Origin: an uncultured archaeon
GTDB lineage: Archaea; Iainarchaeota; Iainarchaeia; Iainarchaeales; 0-14-0-20-30-16
Direction of reading: 5' to 3'
Assembly (NCBI GenBank): GCA_964565125.1
Contig: CAZMCX010000027.1
Location: 1-9,515, forward strand
DNA length: 9,515 bases
The notes beneath the pieces are model-generated. The model searched no databases, was not told where the DNA came from, and saw only the letters and a list, made by a program, of their open reading frames with translations. Each line of letters begins with the position of its first letter. Positions within the stretch are counted from its first letter, which is position 1. This document shows, one piece after another, positions 5,438 through 9,515 of this stretch. The translations under genes and the position numbers were made by a program.

Positions 5438-6573
5438 TTTTGTTTTTCTAATATAGAATCTATTTCTTGCTCTAAAGTTATAAACTTATCATAAATAGAT
5501 TCATACCCTTTCCAACTGTTCTGATAAAGATAATAGTCATTATCTGTTATTACTTGTTTTATGTAGGATACACTTTCAGGCAGATATTCCCCATTTACAT
5601 AATATTCCACATCAAAAGTTGTGGGACCATATTTCATTCTACCCAAATATTGACCGGTTTGTGGTTCAACTAGCTCTGCCAAATCTAATTTGTTCAGATC
5701 TGACAAGTAATTTATTTTTTCTTTGGAAAACGCAATAACACAATGTCCCCCAAAAACATCTGCTTTGTTTGGATCTTTTAATACCCCGCATACAATATTA
5801 GGATAAATATACCCAACTTCAAGATTATGTTTTTTTGCGTTTGCATAATACCAAGAATTTGAATTATCTAAAAAGTAGTTCCCAGAATCAGAAATTACAA
5901 ATGCCTCAATACTTATTTCTTTATCAGAACATTTTTCAAGCAGATAATTTATTTCTGCTTTAAATAAAAGGGAAAAGTCTTCACAATCACCACCTTTGTT
6001 CTCCAAAAATTCATTAATAGAAATAAACTTGTCTGTTTTTCCTAAAGTTGTATCATCTTTGTATTCCAAGTTCATAAATTGTTCGTTCACTAAATTAAGG
6101 CAAGCTTCGGCAATATAACAAGAACCTGATTTTTCAGAATAACATTTAGAATCTAGCTTAGATTTTATTGATTTACTTTTTAAGGTTGCATTTTCTTTAA
6201 ACCAATCCAAAGAACTTTGCACCTCGATCTTGTAGCCATTTAATTCTTCTTTTGCGGAGTAAAGCTTAGAAGTTAGTTCCGCAGAGATATCTAGAGCTTT
6301 GTTGTATTCTAGGTTCAGGCCTTTATATTCTTCTACTAATTCATAGTACTTTGTTTGCAGTTCAGCATATTGTTTAGAAAGTTCTAAGTATTGCCCAGAA
6401 AGTAGGTTATAATCATCTAAAAGAGAACCATACTTAAAATTCAATAATTCATAATCACTAGTTAGCTTGTCATAATCAGATGATTTAACAAGATATAAAG
6501 CCACAACTAAGGCAATTACCAATATAGCAATAGAAAACAGAACAAAAATTATTACTTCAAGATATTTTTTCAT
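5434..6573 (-). CDS. Membrane-anchored extracellular transglutaminase-like / papain-fold cysteine enzyme with an N-terminal Tyr/Leu heptad coiled coil
   Basis: The N-terminal TM anchor is VIIFVLFSIAILVIALVVALYLV. Nine consecutive heptads follow, with Tyr at residues 34, 41, 48, 55, 62, 69, 76, 83 and 90. KGGDCEDFSLLF contains Cys197 (codon 5983-5985). FGGHCVIAF contains His277 (codon 5743-5745). LVEPQTG contains Glu303. This Cys..His..acid order and context matches the GDCEDY / H / D-P-T pattern I recall for transglutaminase-like cysteine proteinases (BTLCP / Transglut_core). Confidence 0.8.
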   Translation of the reverse strand: MKKYLEVIIFVLFSIAILVIALVVALYLVKSSDYDKLTSDYELLNFKYGSLLDDYNLLSGQYLELSKQYAELQTKYYELVEEYKGLNLEYNKALDISAELTSKLYSAKEELNGYKIEVQSSLDWFKENATLKSKSIKSKLDSKCYSEKSGSCYIAEACLNLVNEQFMNLEYKDDTTLGKTDKFISINEFLENKGGDCEDFSLLFKAEINYLLEKCSDKEISIEAFVISDSGNYFLDNSNSWYYANAKKHNLEVGYIYPNIVCGVLKDPNKADVFGGHCVIAFSKEKINYLSDLNKLDLAELVEPQTGQYLGRMKYGPTTFDVEYYVNGEYLPESVSYIKQVITDNDYYLYQNSWKGYESIYDKFITLEQEIDSILEKQK

Positions 6574-6591
6574 AATATACTTTGGTCGGCG

Positions 6592-6606
6592 AAATATTTA
6601 AATTTT
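6592..6606 (-). promoter_or_regulatory. TATA-like element upstream of the 379-aa gene; possibly a leaderless transcript
   Basis: The minus strand reads AAAATTTAAATATTT, centred about 26 nt upstream of the ATG at 6573. No SD-like motif occurs in the intervening CGCCGACCAAAGTATATT. Confidence 0.3.
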
Positions 6607-6644
6607 AGCACTTTTGTGTTTTTTCGCAGTTTTTGTCAAAATAA

Positions 6645-7835
6645 TCATTTTTTAAAAGCAAGTAACCTTTTTGTTTCTTCAATATTAGTTTTTATTTTTT
6701 CTGCAAACTCTTTTGTTTTAGATTGTGTTTTTAAATACAAAGAAAACAGATGTTGCATCTGCTTTGAAAGGTATTTTAAGAATTCTTTCCTCATCTCTTC
6801 TATTGGTTTTTTTGACAAGATAACAATTCCAAATCCGACGATAAGATATAACCAAAAAGAAAATAATCTATCGATAATTACAACAGACAAAGCCAAAGTG
6901 CTGTTTATTCCTAAGATCGACGCAAGATAAACAAAGGATAGTTCATATGCACCCAAACCGCCTGGGAGCATACTTACATTACCTATTATTTCACACAAAG
7001 ACCATAATCCAAGAACTATAAAGAAATTTACTTCAACCCCAAACATCAAAAATACAAAGTAGATTCTTAGTGTACAGATAAATATTTTTAAAACAGATAA
7101 AAAAAGACTAAAAAATATTGTTTTAAAAGACAACATTTTCAAGTTTTTAAGTTCTTTGTAAAATAATGAAAGAATATTTTTTAAAAAATTAAACGCTATA
7201 GAATCAAAAAGTCTAATTTTTATATTAAATACTTTTATAAAATAATAAACTATTATTATTGAAAATATAAACAACAAAATCGCAAATACAATTAATACGA
7301 TTCTATCCATTACCGACGGGAATGGTAAAAGAGCTGAAGAAATCAGGCCAATAGTTAATACAGTCACAACATCAAAGATGTTTTCCATTGCTATAGACAA
7401 AATCACTTGTGAATACTGAATTTTGTAATAGTATTTTAGAATAATTATTCTAAATGCCTCTCCTAATGGTTTAGGTGGAATTCCTAAAGTTACCGCCAAA
7501 CCACAAAGATAATAATACATCTGTTTTAAAGAATACTTTTTTCCATTGTATAGTGAATATCTCAAAGACAATACAAAAAGTTGAACCGCCGACAATATAA
7601 AAAATAAAAGCAAATAATAAACATTAATTTTCCCGTAATTAAATATTTCAAAAAAGCCAAATTTAGAAAACAAATACAAAAAGATTGCAATTACAACTAA
7701 ATACAAAAAAACATATTTTCTAAAGTTAGTAAGAGAATCTACTTTTTTTGCAAAAGTAAAAAGTTTACTATTGAAGTTTTCAAGTATGTTTTCAAGTGAT
7801 CTTTTTGTTTGGGGCTTGCGAACCATAAAAATCAA
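6645..7835 (-). CDS. UPF0104 / LPG-synthase-TM-like (flippase-like) polytopic membrane protein; likely true start is ATG at 7826
   Basis: There are roughly 8 hydrophobic helices. The near-C-terminal segment NVSMLPGGLGAYELSFVYLASILGINSTLALSVVIIDRLFSFWLYLIVG matches the PGG(L/I)GxxE...R signature I recall for the UPF0104 family (PF03706). The track start at 7835 is a TTG directly abutting the upstream stop. An ATG follows 3 codons later (MVRKPQ...). Confidence 0.8.
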   Translation of the reverse strand: MIFMVRKPQTKRSLENILENFNSKLFTFAKKVDSLTNFRKYVFLYLVVIAIFLYLFSKFGFFEIFNYGKINVYYLLLFFILSAVQLFVLSLRYSLYNGKKYSLKQMYYYLCGLAVTLGIPPKPLGEAFRIIILKYYYKIQYSQVILSIAMENIFDVVTVLTIGLISSALLPFPSVMDRIVLIVFAILLFIFSIIIVYYFIKVFNIKIRLFDSIAFNFLKNILSLFYKELKNLKMLSFKTIFFSLFLSVLKIFICTLRIYFVFLMFGVEVNFFIVLGLWSLCEIIGNVSMLPGGLGAYELSFVYLASILGINSTLALSVVIIDRLFSFWLYLIVGFGIVILSKKPIEEMRKEFLKYLSKQMQHLFSLYLKTQSKTKEFAEKIKTNIEETKRLLAFKK

Positions 7836-8930
7836 TTAGAAAAACAAAAACTTCTTTTTAATTCCGCGTTCAATCATTTCAAAAGGATACGGTGTTACAC
7901 CATTGGTTTTTTTCTTATTCAACCTAGCAACAAGTTTGTCTAACTTATGTTCAGATAATGATTCCAAATCATATCTCTTCTTTGCTTTTACATCCAAATT
8001 ATTAAACAAAGAATCAAATAAAAAATTTTGCCTATTAAAATTAAATTTGTCTTTTAAGCCATACTTTGTTTTCTTTATTGTGTTTCTTACTATTTCATAT
8101 CCAATATCAACACTTTTCAAAGATTCAAAGAAGTTCTCTCCAGAAAGGTTATTAAATATTCCACCCGCACTGCCCAATAATAAAGCTTGATCTCCAACTA
8201 ATGTTTTCTTTCCATTATAATTTCCTATTTCTTTGTATTTTATTTCCCCATTAATATCGTAATTATTTTTCAAAACAAAATTATCTATACTGTCTTTAGA
8301 CATTTCAGAAGAAACGAAATACCCGGTTTTACTATCTATTGGACAAACAAACCTGTAAAGGCTCTTACACTCATTAGAAATAAAATAATCTATCACTTTG
8401 GGGTCAAACTTACCTTTTAACTGACAGTAAACCATTTTCTTTTTTGCCAAAGGATAATTGAAAAGTTTATCCCGCACATTTGAATAAAGACCATCACAAC
8501 CAATTATAACATCTGCTTTTCTTAAAGTTCCTTTTCCTTTTTCTTCAAAAAACACATTATTATTAGTTTTATTATAATCAAAAAATCTTGCGGAGTGAAC
8601 TACTTCTTTTCCTTTATGCTGAAGTTTTTTGTAAAGCAAGTATTCAAATGTAGACTTATCATAAATAGAATACATTCCACGTGTCTCTATTTCTGCAATT
8701 TTTCCATAAGGAGAATGGAACCTAACTAAGTCAACGTCATTAATTAAAGCAGAATTACCAATTTTTTTAAGGTCATATTTTTCTAAAAAAGAGTTATTCA
8801 ATACAACATAATCTCCTTGCTCGCCTAAGATCTCCGGTTTTCTATCAAAAATGTGGTAATCCAAAGAGAACTCTGAAAGATAATTAGCTAATCTTAACCC
8901 AACAACATTGGCCCCGATTATGTATATCAT
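7836..8930 (-). CDS. FAD/NAD(P)-binding oxidoreductase, geranylgeranyl-reductase-family-like, with divergent cofactor motifs
   Basis: The N-terminal Rossmann-like segment is IYIIGANVVGLRLANYL...YHIFD, where GxNxxG replaces GxGxxG but the terminal acidic residue is retained. VIIGCDGLYSNVR resembles the GADGxxSxxR motif. LVGDQALLLGSAGGIFNNLSGEN resembles GDAAG...P..GEG. AGGTG (reverse complement of 8937-8941) lies 6 nt upstream of the ATG. Confidence 0.6.
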   Translation of the reverse strand: MIYIIGANVVGLRLANYLSEFSLDYHIFDRKPEILGEQGDYVVLNNSFLEKYDLKKIGNSALINDVDLVRFHSPYGKIAEIETRGMYSIYDKSTFEYLLYKKLQHKGKEVVHSARFFDYNKTNNNVFFEEKGKGTLRKADVIIGCDGLYSNVRDKLFNYPLAKKKMVYCQLKGKFDPKVIDYFISNECKSLYRFVCPIDSKTGYFVSSEMSKDSIDNFVLKNNYDINGEIKYKEIGNYNGKKTLVGDQALLLGSAGGIFNNLSGENFFESLKSVDIGYEIVRNTIKKTKYGLKDKFNFNRQNFLFDSLFNNLDVKAKKRYDLESLSEHKLDKLVARLNKKKTNGVTPYPFEMIERGIKKKFLFF

Positions 8931-9170
8931 TACTTACACCTTGCTATCTGTCCTAATATCTATAAGGATATAGTTATTAAAATAGTTTTGGTTCCCATTT
9001 AAACGAGACCAGTAATAATCACAAAAGTCTTTTTTTCTTTATCTCCAAGTTTAAGAATGAGATCCCCACTAACATACCACCCAAAAATGTTGAAAAACTA
9101 CTTTTCTAAAAAAGAAAAGTTGTTTAGCCCTAAAGTAATTTTATTTTTTACAAAATTAACTTTTTGGACG

Positions 9171-9210
9171 AAAAAATAGAACCCTATTAGGGTTTGGGGC
9201 ATAAAGCCCC
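9171..9210 (-). terminator. tRNA 3' trailer: two short GC-clamped hairpins followed by a T6 run
   Basis: After the discriminator base, the minus strand reads TATT-GGGGC-TTTAT-GCCCC (9196-9210), then AA-ACCCTAATAGGGT (9181-9193), then TCTATTTTTT (T6 is A6 on the plus strand, 9171-9176). Oligo-T is the usual archaeal termination signal. Confidence 0.4.
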
Positions 9211-9215
9211 CAATA

Positions 9216-9359
9216 TGCCAAGGGGGAGACTTGAACTCCCGGCCTCCAGATTTCTCTCTGAAATCTGGTTTGTCTAATCATCGCTCGTAAAACAAGTTCA
9301 TAATTCATAACCACAAATAGTTATGAGTCTGGCGCTCCAACCAACTGAGCTACCTTGGC
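9216..9359 (-). tRNA. Elongator-type tRNA with anticodon CAU (Met, or Ile2 if C34 is modified), interrupted by a 70-nt intron at 37/38; no encoded CCA
   Basis: Hand-folded on the minus strand. The acceptor stem pairs GCCAAGG with CCTTGGC, followed by discriminator A. The D arm is GCTC-AGTTGGTTG-GAGC. The anticodon stem pairs CCAGA with TCTGG, with loop CTCATA|A (CAT at 9323-9325). The variable region is AGGCC. The T arm is GGGAG-TTCAAGT-CTCCC. Exon 1 is 9322-9359, the intron is 9252-9321 and exon 2 is 9216-9251. The boundary is ambiguous by 1 nt because an A flanks both junctions. It lacks the initiator hallmarks (A1:U72, and GGG/CCC in the anticodon stem). Confidence 0.85.
9252..9321 (-). 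other. tRNA intron (70 nt), canonical position, presumably spliced by an archaeal-type endonuclease
   Basis: The sequence is ACTATTTGTGGTTATGAATTATGAACTTGTTTTACGAGCGATGATTAGACAAACCAGATTTCAGAGAGAA. Removing it restores a standard 74-nt cloverleaf. C32-U33-C34 can pair with the GAG near the intron 3' end, flanked by A-rich unpaired bases. This approximates a relaxed bulge-helix-bulge, but I could not draw a perfect 3-4-3 BHB. Confidence 0.7.
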
Positions 9360-9363
9360 TCTG

Positions 9364-9380
9364 CCCTTTTACAAAAAGGG
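9364..9380 (-). other. 7-bp hairpin located 4 nt upstream of the tRNA 5' end (leader structure)
   Basis: CCCTTTT (9364-9370) pairs with AAAAGGG (9374-9380) around a 3-nt loop. The minus strand reads CCCTTTT-TGT-AAAAGGG-CAGA and then G+1 of the tRNA. Confidence 0.5.
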
Positions 9381-9515
9381 TAAGTTGCCCAAAAAAGACA
9401 TATCTTCGCGACAAAAAGTCGCTTGATATTCGTGCCTACTATTTTCTTTCTTTTGCAAGACCTTAATTTTTTATCCCTCCAAAAGGTTTTCTTTGGGAGA
9501 CCAACAAAGCTTTTT

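Noticed and set aside
5427-7835. An identical 11-mer, TGATTTTTATG, at two gene junctions (minus strand at 5427-5437 and 7824-7834), giving both downstream ORFs an apparent MIFM N-terminus
   Set aside because: It is short and AT-rich, and it occurs only twice. It is most simply coincidence plus a stop-restart context. It does suggest the real starts are the second ATGs (5428 and 7826), but I would not call it a regulatory element.
6616-8190. Plus-strand ORFs 6616..6930 and 7903..8190
   Set aside because: They are antisense to the UPF0104-like and GGR-like genes, which carry family motifs. They have no SD or promoter context of their own.
8990-9170. A possible ncRNA or C/D sRNA in the 285-bp GGR-tRNA spacer (GTGATTATTACTGG on the minus strand; the AT-rich hairpin CTTTTC-TAAAAAA-GAAAAG at 9101-9119)
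   Set aside because: There is no proper box C / box D pair and no stable GC-containing structure. The hairpin is weak and AT-only. The evidence is insufficient.
9057-9179. A 40-aa basic plus-strand ORF (MRSPLTYHPKMLKNYFSKKEKLFSPKVILFFTKLTFWTKK) in the GGR-tRNA spacer
   Set aside because: It has no SD or TATA in a suitable position, its composition matches random AT-rich sequence, and it is below any reasonable length threshold. It cannot be supported without conservation data.
9252-9321. A box C/D guide RNA embedded in the tRNA intron
   Set aside because: GCGATGA is only a near-match to box C. The tandem TTATGAA units are not C or C' boxes. There is no CUGA box D or D' anywhere in the intron. 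I therefore report the motifs but do not call an sRNA.
9216-9359. Initiator tRNA-Met, a split or permuted tRNA, or a group I intron
   Set aside because: G1:C72 and the CCAGA/TCTGG anticodon stem lack the archaeal initiator features. Both halves are contiguous and in the normal order. Seventy nucleotides is far too short for a group I intron.
9470-9515. An imperfect hairpin, CCCTCCAAAAGG...CTTTGGGAG, at the right window edge
   Set aside because: The stem needs a bulge or mismatch, and the element is cut by the window boundary. It cannot be assigned to a gene or RNA from what is visible.

Overview
The window is AT-rich and gene-dense. It is most consistent with a small-genome, low-GC archaeon, possibly DPANN-like; that placement is inference. 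Eight genes are on the minus strand and one is on the plus strand.

From left to right:
- A YvcK/CofD-family gene with an N-terminal membrane anchor (minus strand, 1..1220). It is truncated by the window edge and is missing from the supplied ORF track.
- A divergently transcribed bacterial-type threonyl-tRNA synthetase that lacks the TGS domain (1316..3091, plus strand).
- A minus-strand run of secreted or membrane-anchored proteins: a 66-aa two-TM protein, a 73-aa acidic signal-anchor protein, a 311-aa Lys/Glu-rich secreted protein, a 234-aa membrane-tethered winged-helix regulator, and a 379-aa membrane-anchored transglutaminase-like (Cys/His) protein with a nine-heptad Tyr/Leu zipper.
- A UPF0104 flippase-like membrane protein and a divergent geranylgeranyl-reductase-family flavoprotein.
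- An elongator-type tRNA(CAU) interrupted by a 70-nt intron at the canonical 37/38 position (9216..9359, minus strand).

The most interesting unexplained structure is in the 187-bp intergenic region 4546..4732. It holds four same-orientation CGGAA motifs, three of them phased exactly 10 bp apart, bracketing a TATA/BRE-like element directly downstream of the membrane-tethered wHTH gene. It also holds three GGCAA direct repeats.

I propose, as inference only, that 3392..6573 is an uncharacterised self-regulated cell-surface module. I saw no CRISPR array, rRNA, transposase or integrase. All functional calls rest on motifs read by eye, and no database search was possible.
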